From positions 98,396,001 through 98,460,000 of the forward strand of contig NC_087472.1 in assembly GCF_036321535.1 (NCBI RefSeq): 64,000 nucleotides of DNA, read 5' to 3'. Source of the DNA: Camelus dromedarius (lineage: Eukaryota). The position numbers were made by a program, and so were the translations under genes. The notes beneath the pieces were generated by a model. That model worked only from the letters and a program-made list of their open reading frames with translations, was not told the origin of the DNA and ran no database searches. Shown piece by piece: positions 1 through 12,601 of the stretch (positions are counted from its first letter, which is position 1; every line of letters begins with the position of its first letter).

Positions 1-686
1 GTGGGAGCTCAGGTAATAAGCATGGTAAATTACTTGTGCCTTCAAACAAAAAGCCGTAATCTCTGGGTATTTCCTTTGAAAAGAGGAACTTGCAAGAGAG
101 TCTATCAATTTCTGTATTTTTAACTCCCTCTAATTCTTTACCTTTCCTCCAAATTTAAATACCCAGTCTTTTTAAATGCGAGCTAAAATTAATAGAGGGT
201 ACAATAAATAGAGACTAGATCCCCCCCCACAGGTTTATATTTCTTCCTCAATTGTGACTTTTCTGGTGAAGCTTAGAAAGGTCTGATTCTGAAAAAAAAA
301 GTTAACGTCTTGGAACATATCTTGGAGCATTAAGTAAAGCCACAGGATACTGCAATCTGTATTTTATTTTTTTTTAAAGGTGAAAAGGCTTTTTTAACTT
401 TTGTAGATGACCTTTTTGGTATTTACTCCAAAAGAACACCTATCACCCTTTTAAAATTCCTAATAAAACGCTGGTTATCCTGCATCTAAACATTTTCCCA
501 TAAATAATTCCTGATGTGGTCCTAAGTCAGTGATTCCAGCCTCCTCTAAAAAGAAAGATAATTTTTGAAAGGAGGAGATGCAGTATTTGAGTGACATCAT
601 CATATTCTGGAATTTCAGTCACTAAGTCACCCTTGATGAATAAAAAATTTTGATAAGTTGATAAGACCCGGCCCTACTCTGCTTTT

Positions 687-855
687 CAAAAAAATAAATT
701 TCATGTATTTATTACTGTATTATTTTATCATTTTTTGGCAAGGGGGAGGTAATTAGGTTTTATTATTTATTTTTAGAGGAGGCACTGGGGATTGAACTCA
801 GGACCTTGTGCATGCTAAGCATGTGCTCTACCACTTGAGCTATACCTTCCACCCC
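687..855 (-). mobile_element. tRNA-derived camelid SINE (vic-1-like) with target-site duplication
   Basis: The reverse complement reads GGGGTGGAAGGTATAGCTCAAGTGGTAGAGCACATGCTTAGCATGCACAAGGTCCTGAGTTCAATCCCCAGTGCCTCC: Pol III A/B boxes and a tRNA-Ala-like head, followed by AAACCTAATTACCTCCCCC and an A-rich tail. CCCTACTCTGCTTTT flanks it directly at 672-686 and 853-867. Confidence 0.88.
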
Positions 856-1805
856 TACTCTGCTTTTATGGTACAGAATTTCAAGTTCTGCTGCTGCTAA
901 CTTGGCCACCCAGTTAACTCATGATCATGAGCTCTCCTTCTGTGACTTTGGCCAAGTATTTGAGTCTCTGTCTGCAAAATATAATCCCCTCCATTCCTCT
1001 GACAGTTGCTGTGAGGAAAGAGTCAGTAATATAACAGACATGGCATAACCTTGTAGGTATTCAATGAATGGCTGCTCATGGACTGATCAAATTATCCAAT
1101 TTTTATGCAGGACTCCTGGGCCTATTATTTTGCAGGTTGTGAGAAAAAGGTATAGGGAGGTAGAAGGGAGGGCAGAAAGGAATTCTTCCTACACTTCCAT
1201 TTATCTGTAATTCGGCTTTCTTCCTGTGCTTCCTCTTAAGTTGTGTCCATTGCTACCATGGCAGTCAGTCAGAAGGCAGCTTGACCCTCTTTTCTCACTA
1301 AATTGACTGATGCTGAGGAGGCTTGCATCTCCTCTTCCCTCTATGGTAGAGATCGTCCTTGCTTCTTCTCTAGAATAAACTTTTCTATTACTATCCAGTT
1401 TGAAAACTTGGAATCGCTTACTTTCTTAGATTTGGGTTTCATTGCCTAGCTTTGCATTAAGATAATCACTGTCTAAAGTGGAGGTCATAACAGACCATCC
1501 CTGAACAGAACAGGCCAACTCTATCACAGCCAGTAGCTCCTCCATCTCAATCTCAACACCATCTTAGACATGAAGAGGTACCCTAGCAAGAAGCCAGGAC
1601 GAGCCTTTGGCCACCTGACAAGGCCTGTGCGCACTGGCTGGGTCCCTCGCCCACCTATAGTCTCTTTGAGCCCTTGTTCTGCTCACAGAGCTGGAGCACA
1701 CCCTCCGCTCAGCCCAGCCAGAGTTTGGCACATGCCCGACACAGAGTCCTTACAACCAAACCCTAGTAAGCATAAGAAAAGGCAGCTGTGTGATTAAAGT
1801 AGGTA

Positions 1806-1858
1806 CTGACAAGGCTATTGACAAGAAGGATATTGATAAGATGAAGGATATTGACAAG
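1806..1858. repeat. Short degenerate tandem repeat (TATTGAYAAG core x3)
   Basis: ctgacaaggc-tattgacaag-aagga-tattgataag-atgaagga-tattgacaag is visible directly. Confidence 0.7.
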
Positions 1859-2004
1859 CTCCTACTCTACGTCCCAAATCTCTCTTTTGACCGAAATTCC
1901 ATCATTACTAAGCCACAAAACAGCACACTGGGATTTTCTGTTAATTATTTCCCTCTCCACTTGGTTCCTTTACAAGATGCAAACACACTATTTACTTGTG
2001 GTCT

Positions 2005-2190
2005 CACTACCTCCTAGCTGTGAAGCCACTGGGCAAGATTCTTACCTTTCCCCCCTGCCTCATGCTTCAGTTTCCTCAACTGTAAAATAGGGATAATAAT
2101 AGCACCGGACTTGTAGGGTTGATGTGAGGACTAAATGGGTGAGTACGTGTAACTCAGAAGTGCTAGCAACGTGTTTGCTGTTATTATTAA
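2005..2190 (+). mobile_element. MIR SINE fragment
   Basis: MIR core: tagctgtga...gggcaag...tcagtttcctcaactgtaaaatagggataataatagcac...gggttgatgtgaggactaaatg. Confidence 0.8.
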
Positions 2191-3094
2191 GTCTTCAGGG
2201 TTTGAGCATAATGAGCACATCAGGCTGCAGTGTCATATGTAAGAGAGTTTAGGGGGAAACTCAGTGTGGCATCCGGTAGTAAAGAGGGAGAGAAGGTGAG
2301 ATAGCTGGAAAATGGTTTGCCATTTTGCCAAATTTTACAGATTACTGTCACCCCAAAGGGGAACATTTCCCTTTGACAACAGCCATTCCTGAAACTGGGG
2401 ATGGTGCTGGGGCTGATAAGCCTTCTCTCAAGCTTTCTTTATCTAAACCAAAGAATGTCTTCCACGTCCCTTCTCAATTCAAATATCTACCTAGAAAAGA
2501 AAAGAGAACGTACTTAGTCAAATGGGGCCATCTGGAACCCTGCCTGTTCATGCCTTAATTTATTATAATTCTTATGATAAGAAATACGTAGAAGAAATGG
2601 GATCTGATTCACATTATATTTCAAAAGATGAGAGAAGATTCAGTTAAGAATATGTACCACTACTAACCCATCTTCCTGAGTTAATATATTAATACCTACT
2701 TATTAAATATATCCACTTATTATTTTCCATTATATGTGACCTTATCAAATCAAGTGCTAAAAGTCTTACTTTGTTAAATAAAAAACACAGTGCATTGAGG
2801 TTTTAATAACTTTAAAGGAAAGTGCCTAATATCAAATATTGTCATCTTTGATCTGTGTATGTTTGCATAATAAATCTTTGTGCACAGACACATAACTACA
2901 CACACTGGCTTTATGCATTAAATGTGCCAATATAGCACATTTTGATATTAGAAAGATAGCGACTGTGACTTACTCAGGAACTTAAACAGAAGGAATTGGA
3001 AACATTTTTCTCCTCATGCTTCTTAATTAAGATCTACCCACGTAACAACCATGGGAACATTTATAAGTGAGGAAATATTTTTCATTTCACCACT

Positions 3095-3134
<40 letters not shown>
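3095..3134. repeat. Compound microsatellite (AC)n(AT)n
   Basis: About 10 AC units followed by about 10 AT units. Confidence 0.95.
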
Positions 3135-3854
3135 GTTTTTTAAAAAGCACTTTATAACTTTATGGCCTTGTTTAAAATTTCTCTCCAAAAGCCTAGCAAA
3201 GAACATTTGGGAATACCTTGTCCTCCAAGTGGCTGTGTAACAAATAGTTTGAACTATTGCTTCTAAATCTGCATTTATAAATGATGACTGTGCCTGCATG
3301 ATGAAAGGCATCCAGTCCTATGGCTCTTTACACTGACCCAGGGAAACAATGTTTTCCAGATATTTACAACAGTTACAGCCTACATCAAATTACTTTATCA
3401 TTCTGTGTGGGTGACACATTAGCTATTTCATCAGCACTGTGCCAGATTCAAAGAAAATGACTATAGGAAAAACTATTAGCATTTAGAAGAGCACCTCAAT
3501 ATTTTATATTTCTACTCATCCCCTCAAATAAGCAATTTAAAAACATTTCTGTAAAGAACACGTCTACCAAATAATTGGTTCAAGTTTGGGAAGTTTGAAC
3601 ACTTTCTTCCCTTTTCCTTTAGGGTCTAGACAATTTGAGAACCAGATGTAGGAGCCAGATGGAAGCTTGAAGCATGGCATCAGCTTTAATACCAAGGGCT
3701 ATTACAGGGCTGCCGAGTTAGGCTGGCAACCTGTATGGACACAGGGCTTGAACCTGAGGCAAATGTACAATCTCTTATTCTTTTTCCTGGAACTATACTG
3801 GTTCACTCAGTTGCTGGCAGAGCAGATGGAGCTCTGCCAGTGTCACGTGGGGCC

Positions 3855-4252
3855 TGTGTTAGTTTGGGTCCTCCAGAAAGCAGATCTCAAGAGGGGATTA
3901 GACGGGTAAAATATTTATTGGGGAAAACACTTGTAAGGAAAAATGGAAGGGTTGTCAGACGATGATGCAGGCGAAGGAGAGTGGGACAGAGGGTTGGGCA
4001 GAAGCATCTTAGACATCAGTGCTGTTTTAAGGAAAATTCTCGAGCCCAGGTCCCTCCCAGAGGAGTCCCAGGTCTCCCAGGAACGGCCTGCCTTAGGATT
4101 CTGTGACACTCAGTCATTGGCCATGAGCAACCGTGGGAAGTGTGATCTCAGCATGGTGATTGGTGGGTTTCAGGGCGAAGCAGCTGGGACTGTCATTCAA
4201 TTATCCTCCCTGCAGGAAACTGATCCGAGAGGCGTGCTCTTGTGGCTGCCAC
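3855..4252 (-). mobile_element. ERVL-type solo LTR (LTR16-like)
   Basis: Begins tgtgttagtttgggtcctccagaaagcagatctcaagaggggattag...tatttattgggg, like the reverse-strand end of LTR16/LTR33 consensi, and ends ...ggctgccaca. Confidence 0.55.
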
Positions 4253-4786
4253 AGAGATCAAATGTCCCTCCAACACCTTCGTTCCAGGGCCCTGGAGAAT
4301 ATGCCCTCCATTGCTAGCAAACAGGAGAAATGAGCTAACCAGCAAGCCTCTCTGTAGTAATGAGCTGGAGTTCTAGGGGCTGCACACAGCACCTGATCTT
4401 ACTGTTCTGTAGTCGCTGTTAGTATGTGTGTTTGGTGTCTGTATGCTGAGGTATAGATTTGTCACTATGGTACATTCTCGGAATTAATCAACTAAACCAC
4501 AATCAATAAGTTAGTCTGTGCACTTTTTTCTATACCAGGCATCGGAGGAGCCACACAAAAGAAGGTACAGGATGTAGTTCTGCCCTAAAGCCACAACAAC
4601 ATACAAACATAAGACGACAGGAAATTTAAAACACTTTCCAAAGCAGGGGGGAAGAGCTGGGTCTTCTCTGATGTTCCATCCTACTTCACCCATATTCAAA
4701 GAGGTTCTGCGTATATCAGTTTCAGTTTGTTTATGCTTCCCAGAAATGTCATTGGAACAAAGGCTGGCAGCCACTGCACATTGAAC

Positions 4787-4826
4787 AAAAAAAAAAAAGA
4801 AAAAAAAAAAAAAAGAAAAAAGAAAA
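4787..4826 (+). repeat. Poly(A)-rich tract (40 nt)
   Basis: An A-run interrupted only by three G residues. Confidence 0.95.
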
Positions 4827-5248
4827 TTCCAGGACCAAGTCATTGTTAGAGTCAGCCGCGCACTAATAGTCTACAAATCGCTACCTTTCAGGCATATGAT
4901 GATATTATGGTACCAAATTAAATTGGATCTTGTAGGATGCTTCTCTTAGAACACAAACCTTTCTAACTCGTGGTAATTTTTATTAGTTTCCAGACAATGA
5001 ACAGTACTCTAGTGTTTTCTAAGTCATAGGGAAATGACTTGTTTTCTTCTTCCAATTTTATTCCTCTACAAACTTAAGGAGATCTTGAAATTCTGAGGGT
5101 GTCTCAACAGCATGAGAAAAAGTCACTCTGCTAGAATTACACTCTGACGTTATTCTTGCTTTAATCTTTTTCTGCTTCGTGTCCATGACCCAGAGAGACC
5201 AAACATCTTTTTCAGTGAGCTGATTCTCTCTCCTTTCTTTCTCTTTAG

Positions 5249-5383
<135 letters not shown>

Positions 5384-6257
5384 TTGGAAAAAAAAGGTGG
5401 GTGGAAAACTATTTTCTTTGTCCCCGAAAGACCACTATAAAATGGTTTAAGGAAGACTTCCACCAAAGGAGTCTGGAATTCCAGAAATGTTTAGTTAAAG
5501 TTTCAAGGCCTTCAAGTTAGATCAGTAACTTTCCGGCACAAAGGTTGTCTGGCATGTAAAGCCAAGCTTTTAGGCCTATCTTGTTCCAAAACCAGTCAGA
5601 AGGCCATTGAGGATGTTTGTCTGCCATCCCCTTTCTGGTCACCTTCTTAGTTGGGGAAGGGTTGGGTTGGGAGAGGAAAGATGCTTGGTAGGGGCCTTAA
5701 GGAACTTTTGATCTCAGGGCCCAGGGAACCCTTCTTCGTTCTATGCCTCAGTTTCCCCATCCAGATGCCCAAATAGTGATGAGCTGCTTCCAAGCTGGAG
5801 GATCAGAGTAGCAAGGAGCTGAGGAGGTTTGGTGGTAACTCAGGTGTGTGTAAGGCAGACCAAGAGGACCTGGTAATGACTTTGAAGGTAAAGGAAGGAA
5901 GGGTAGGCTCAGAATTGTACCTGCTACTTGAAGAGGCATTGCAAGCAGGGCCTGTGACTTTATTTTCATTTTAATTGGATCTATTCAATAATGATCCCCT
6001 CAGGGAGGCTGGGGGCTCAGCCCCACCCTCCACCTGCAGACCTGACACCTGCAGACTGGTACGGGATTTCTGTCAGCAGAGGGCTTATGGAATTGGCCCA
6101 AGTCATCATTCTTTCTCCTATGAGATTCTAGCAAATCTACTTTATCCAACATTACTGAATCCCACCACCCACAGTTTATTCTATTCCTTAAGTAGAAGTT
6201 TAAGTCTAGAGGAGAGGAATCAATACTGGGAACATAAAGTATTTATCTGGCTGAATG

Positions 6258-6345
6258 TCCATTCATTTGTTTGTTCATCCACTCATTCATTTATTAAACC
6301 ATTATTTATTGAGTATCTGCTGTGTGCCGAACACTAGACACATAT
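6258..6345 (-). mobile_element. L2 LINE 3' end
   Basis: (TTCA)n-like tail followed by tatttattgagtatctgctgtgtgccgaacact, the typical antisense L2 3' terminus. Confidence 0.75.
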
Positions 6346-9300
6346 ACTGATCACTTACCATGGGCCAGTGAATGGAATGGCCATTCTACCAATGGAAGAG
6401 CATTCTATCCATTGTTCTGTTAAGCCTCGTGATACCCAGTATTGCTCCCATTCTTGAGATGAGTCTTAGACAGACTGATTTTCCCCATCTATCATGCATC
6501 CTAAAGAGGCGATCTGACTTCAAAGTGACTGCTGCCACTTACTTAGTATACTGCTTCGCCCCTTCCTCTCCCCATACCTTCCAGACAGACTGCACACTCC
6601 CTGTGGGTATTAGGGTAAAATCTTCTGACCACATGCATAGTGAAGACAAGCATGGCAAGGGGGCCCTATTGTGTCTTCTGTAAATATAATGAAGAAGAGA
6701 CATTCTGTGAGACAATCCCATAAGTGATGGATGGTACTTGGGTCACACTTGTGCTGATTCACTTGCAAATGTTCTAGTAAGTTATGCCGAAAAGATTTCT
6801 TCATAGAGTAGAGAAAGAAAGGAGCCATTTCGAGTTAAAATAACAGAACAGTACGTAATATTCTCAGCATAGTTACACAAAAGAACAAAGGAGTAAGAAT
6901 AAAATACACTGGATTCTATGATCATAGAGTGAATCCCAGGAACATGCATGGGACCAAGCGACGTGAGCAGGAACTGACCTGAAGCGTGGCCATACACACC
7001 TGTTATTAATGATGAAGGAATGAAACAAATTGATGACTGAGGATTATGAGACTCAGTCCTGCTTGTGTTGTGAAGCTGAGATGAAATATTCCAATATGCT
7101 TGGGATAAAGTTGCAGAACTTTCTGGTGAGAAAGCCCGCAGAAGGAAAATGAACTTTTGGTAATATTTATTATTATCACCCAACCAAGGCTGTTCAGTTA
7201 AACACATGAATTTTTAATGCAGAGTTTAAAGGGTTTTGCTTTAATGAAATCCATGCCGACCTAAATTTAACCCTAGTTTCAGCTTCAGAAGAATCTGGTT
7301 TTGAAGATTCAAAAGAATGCTGTTTCAAAATTAGCTCAGAGAGGATCCTGCAGTGTTATTCAGCAGTGAGGCTGATTCTGTAGCCTTGGATCTGTGGTTA
7401 CGCTAATGAGGAACAATATCAGCTCGATAAAATATTGAAAAGGTACCGGGTATCCAGAACACAGTTTTTGTTACTCCATTTTCTCAGAGAAGACCACTCA
7501 GAGAGGCCTATTTGTCCTCACTCTGTAAGAAGGTGAAAACCTAAGCTGTCCAGTAATTAATCTGAATTCCCCATCAGTACAGTCACTGTTTCAAGCCAAG
7601 GAGTGATTTTTATTTCTTCCAGGAGAGGTACTACGCTAGTTTGTTTTTGACTCATCAATTCTTCTCCTGCAAAACTGTCCAATTTTGAGACTTCCATGGT
7701 CATGGTTTGTGGTCACAGAAGGAGAGCATTTCTTAACATTGATTAATCAGTGAATTCATAAGCAACAAATACCCTGGACCAGCCATCATTTGGCCCCTCA
7801 CTGCTTGGATATGATTTCCTCCTTTTCTGGGCCACCACTTTGTCACCTACCCTCACCATGTAGTGTTCAATGATTTAATCAAGCAGATCATAGTTTAAAG
7901 ACTGAGTGAATAAGTCCATAGTACCAAACTGTGAAAACCATAAGACTTAAGGCTCAAAGTCTAGGTTATAACTATTACCATATGTTAGACATAAGACAGA
8001 GCAGCACTTCCTTCCAGCCAAGATCAGCCCCTCCTTGTAAGTAGGATTTCAGATTCTTTCCATGCCCTGTGTCATGGCTAGAACTGTTCATGAAAAATTG
8101 GTAGAAAACATTACAGGACAAGAACCAGAAATGTCAATGACTAGCCAGTTAGAGATCAGTAATCATGGCTTGTGGCAGAGGACTTAGGGCCTGGACCCAA
8201 TCAGGAACCAGAACCAGGCAACACAGAGATAATACATACCAAGTCAAGACCAAGAAACACAGGGGAATCCCAAATGGGGCCCTACACCACACCAGAACAG
8301 GCTGGGGCAGGGAAAGTCATGTGTTCAGCCACAAACCTCTCAGGATTCTTCTGGATGTGATTTAAGGTGGCCAGATGATAACTAAGCAAGCCCAGGAGAC
8401 AGATGAAGAGACAGGACCAGCAGCAATGTCTGAAAACCAAGAGCTCTCCCATACTCCCATGCCTGCTCGTTTACTACATGATCAGGAGTCTGCCGCCCCA
8501 TGTTCACCATCAAAAGCCACTGTCAGCTTATCTGCTTGTAGCTGCAGCAGATGCTACCTGAGACTTCACAGACAGGGGTCTGGGGAGGCTGGGGGACTGC
8601 TAATGGCTGATATCCAATAGACTCTGTGTCCTGTTCTGCTCTCTCCCAACCCTCAGATCAGACCACAGGTGCCCGGTAAAGGCGTTTCTGTGCCATGGAC
8701 ACTTCCTTTACTCTGTGCTGTAAGATATACAAATGTCAGACTCAGTTCCTGCTCTCAGGATGCTTAAGTCTTGATGGAAAGATAAAAATAAAATACTTCA
8801 AAAAGGGACAAAACGAATGATTCAAGAATTAGAGAGCAGCTCAGTGATTCAAGATATCCTATGGCTGTTTATGACCCACTAAGAAGTAGGCAGTAGAGAA
8901 AACTGATGTTATGACTCATGAGAGGAGGACCGCAGAGGGACCATTTCAAGGAGGTGGTGGGAATGGAATGGTTTAAACAGAGGCTCAGAGATAGCCTCTG
9001 GACACAGGGAATGTCCCGACCATCATTAATGAACCAGCCTGCTGAGACCAAACAGTTCCTCTAGGGAAATACTTGTTAGACTTTTGGGGCAGAGCAAAAT
9101 AAGATCCCACAACCCACCCACACCCTCTCTTTTCTTTTTCCAGCATTAAAAGAACTCAGTGATAACAAAGAATTGGAGAGGAACAAAATAAGTATTAAAG
9201 TAGTAGTGACGCAGTAATTATGAGAAGAATGATTAACAAAGATAAACCCTAAGAATAATTCTACAATTATGTTAGTGAACACAAAGATAGCAGCAATTGA

Positions 9301-10499
9301 AAGCCCTGGGACCGATGAAGCACTAGAAAGAAACTGTCACTCTGAAGTTGCAGGAATTCCTCTCTGTGTTGGACATTGCAGCATGGCCATGTGTTGTGTG
9401 ACAGCCAGACCTTATGATTATGTACTAAACCAGGGTTTCAGAAAAATGCAACATTTTAGTGATTCTTAATAACTCAGTAGCTTTGGGCCATGTATATAAC
9501 TGAAAGTCTATGGAGTTAATCCCTATTTTCCTGTAAGAACTGAGGAAAGCACTTGCATTTTGGAATCAGGAAACCTTTGGAAGTCACCCAGTGAGCACTG
9601 GGCCACACTTTGAGAAACACTGCTGTAGGGCAGGAAGTGAGAGTGAATTGGAATGGTCTGCAACTTCTGTACACCCATACACAGCCCCATGGTCTCCAGT
9701 GAGTCTCCATCTTGTACCCCACATTGGCTAACCAGCCTTGATTCTAGATTTTGTAGATTTGACAAGAACCATTATAATTCCTTGTTGTGGGAGGCCTGCC
9801 CTCTCCATCTAGCACTCTGCCCCACCCCTGGCATCTTCTGTTGATGCTGTCACAATCCTTACTAAAGTGATGTGTTCATTTTTTTAAAATCTTCTTCATG
9901 ATGGCAGGATATAGTTTCTTAAAGGCTGGGGCATATCGGATACATCTTGAACACACCTGCCTTATTACTGGTGCCCTGACCACAGCAAGTCTGGTGTCCT
10001 GAGAAATGTGTTCTTGCAGACTTTCTGTGTCCTTGGATTCTCAGGGAGATTACTATTGACAAGCAACACTAGCTTTTCTCTCAAGGACTAAAGGTAACAT
10101 TGTTGACCATGATCAGTAAAGGGCTCAGAAATTTGACTTTAATTCATTGATTGTAACTTCATTCCTCTGGGAAACTGAAAAATTAGTGAAAATGTCAAGT
10201 TTGGCTCATGTTCCTGAAAAGGGGAGAGAAACATGTAAATCCAAAAGAAAATCATTTAATTTTCAAGAATTCTTTGGCTTTATTTTTCAAAGAATGTCTA
10301 TATCCAGATAAAACATATTTACCAACCAATCATCCAGAGAGAAGCCATCTCTAATCAAGGAGAACATGAGGTGTTCACTGCTCTTAAATAAATGTTAAGC
10401 ATTACGCATCATCGTCATTCTTGCTGATTCAAAGGCAAATTTTGAGAGTATTGGCAAAAGAGCAAATTGATTTACTCAGACACTTGATGAAGTGCATTT

Positions 10500-11485
10500 A
10501 GCACCTAACGACAGCTCCTCTGAAATACATGAAACAAAAACTGACAAAATTGAAGGGAGAAATAGATAACTGACCACTATTAGCACAAGACTTCAATACA
10601 CCACTTTGCACAACGGCTAGAGCAAATAGACGGAAGATCAACAAGGAAATTGTCTCAGTCTGTTTGGGTCAGTATAACAGAACTCCATAGACTGAGTTGT
10701 TTATAAACAACTGAAGTTCACTGCTCATAGCTCAAGAGGCTGGGAAACCAAAAGTCAAGACACCAGCAGATTTGGTGTCTGGTGAGAACTTGCTTCCTGG
10801 TTCACAGATGGCCACCTTTTCCCTGTGTTCTCACATGACAGAAGGGGCAAGGAAGCTCTCTCTGGGGCCTCTTTTATAAGGGCACTAATTCCATTCATAA
10901 GGGCTCCACCCTCATGACCTCGTCACCTCCTAAAGGCCCCACCTCCTAACACCATCATATTGCAGATTAAATTACAACATTTGAATTTGGGGAAGCAGAA
11001 CATAAACTGAACATTCAGTCTATAGCAGAAACAGAAGACGTGAACAAGACTATAAACCAACTAGACATAACTGACAGCAGTGGAACACTCCACCCAACAA
11101 TGGCAGAGTACACATTCTCCTCGAGTATACATGTGGCACATTGTCCAGGACCTGTTTCATATTAGGCTATAAAACAAGTCTCAATAGGTTTAAAAGTACT
11201 GAAATCATGTTAAAGTATGTTCTCAAACTACAATGGAATGAAATCAGAAGTCAATAACAGAAAGAAGCTTGGGAAATTCACAAGTTGTGGAACTTAAATC
11301 ACACACTCCTAAGTAACCAATGAGTCAAACAAGGAATCACAGGGAAATTAGAAAATACTTTGAGACAAATGAAAATGAAAATCCAAGATACCAAACTGTG
11401 GCATGGAGCAAAAGCAGTGCTTAGAGGGAAGTTAATAGTTGTGAATGCCTGTATTAAAAAAGATGAAAGATCTCAAATCAATAAT
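10500..11485 (+). mobile_element. Old L1 ORF2 (endonuclease region) fragment, split by an LTR insertion
   Basis: gcacctaac...aaatacatgaaacaaaaactgacaaaattgaagggagaaataga...aagatcaacaaggaaat [LTR] agaagacgtgaacaagactataaaccaactagac...gaaagatctcaaatcaataa. The L1 sequence is continuous once 10651-11032 is removed. Confidence 0.88.
10651..11027 (-). mobile_element. MaLR solo LTR (MLT1A0-like)
   Basis: TG...CA termini and an MLT1A-type body (tttataagggcactaattccattcataagggctccaccctcatgacc). 5-bp TSD GAAAT (10646-10650) / GAAAC (11028-11032). Confidence 0.88.
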
Positions 11486-11804
11486 TAACCAGTCAAATCA
11501 ATATTAGCAGCTCCATATTTGGGAACCATGCCCTTTATCATCTTAGAGTAAGTTGAACCCACATCTATATAAATGGCAGATGATTAAATTGATGTGTGAA
11601 TGGAAATATCAGCCCTTTCAAATGGTAAAATGTAGAAAGTTTAAAAATCTGTTTGTATAAATACTGTAACAATATGATAGAAGCTGGGAAATAAAAAGTA
11701 ATCACCCAAAAGATCACCATTTAGCATAATACTCACGTTGCTATCTTCCCTTCCAGTCTTTTCCCTTGGATTTACATATGAGATGCAGTACAACTGAGTT
11801 GCTA

Positions 11805-11950
11805 ACAATATGGAGTTTGGGAGCATGAAGACTTGGTCTCATTACCTTCCACCTTTGTAACGTTGAGCTCTATGTCTCTGTTTCCTCGTTTCATAAAAGG
11901 CAGGAAATGGTGCCTCCCTCATAGGGTTTAGGATTAGGGAGATGTGGAGG
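11805..11950 (+). mobile_element. MIR fragment
   Basis: Degenerate core tctctgtttcctcgtttcataaaag...cctcatagggtt. Confidence 0.55.
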
Positions 11951-12124
11951 TTTAGGAAGACGTATTTTTAAAAGTATACCCAGGCACAGCACCTGGGTCA
12001 GGGTAATTACTCTTAAATGGGAACTGGTTCTCGTTTGACTTTTACCTCACATAACATCATTCATAGTGCATGTACAGTTTTGTCTCTTGCTTTTCCCACT
12101 TTACATTTTCTCATAAGAATACTT

Positions 12125-12601
12125 TTTCCAGTTTTATTGGGAAATAATTGACATATATCACTGTATAAATTTAAGGCATATAGCTTGATGGTTTGATTTA
12201 CATATATTGTGAAATGATTTATAGAAATGGGTTCAGTTAGCATTCATCATTTCATATAGGCACAATAAAAAGAAAAGAAAGGAGATGAAAAAAGAAAACC
12301 ATTTTTGTCCTTGTGATGAGTACTCAGAATTTGCTCTCCTAACAACTTTCATATCTATCATACAGTCGTGTTAATAACCACAGTCACCATGTTGTACATT
12401 ACATCCCTAGTACTTATTTATCTTATAACTGCAAGTTTGTAACATATGACTACTTTCCTCCAATTCCCCCTGCCACCCTCTGCCTCTGGTAATCACACAT
12501 TTGATCTCTTTTTCTATGAGTAAGTGTGTGTGTCTGCTTGTGTGTGTGTGTTTTAGATTCCACATATAAGTGAGATCATATAGTATTATTGTCTTTCCCT
12601 G
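12125..12601 (-). mobile_element. L1 3' end (L1MA9-like)
   Basis: ttttattgggaaataattgacatatatcactgtataaatttaagg...tttagattccacatataagtgagatcat, an antisense L1MA 3' UTR. Confidence 0.85.

Noticed and set aside
1..20. Donor-like CAG|GTAATA at the window start as the end of the preceding SMPX exon
   Set aside because: The upstream bases (gtgggagctcag) do not encode the expected ...EVEE end of the previous exon as I recall it, and there is too little context.
770..855. tRNA-Ala gene
   Set aside because: The tRNA-like head is followed by a SINE body, A-rich tail and TSD, and a second copy sits at 38835-38967, so it is a SINE.
1790..2017. ORF with a repetitive DKKDIDK peptide
   Set aside because: It is explained by a short DNA tandem repeat, has a non-ATG start and shows no splice or homology support.
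3600..3910. Strong acceptor (ttcttcccttttcctttAG, 3621-3622) as an extra SMPX exon
   Set aside because: There is no convincing nearby donor and no SMPX-like translation; it runs into an LTR relic.
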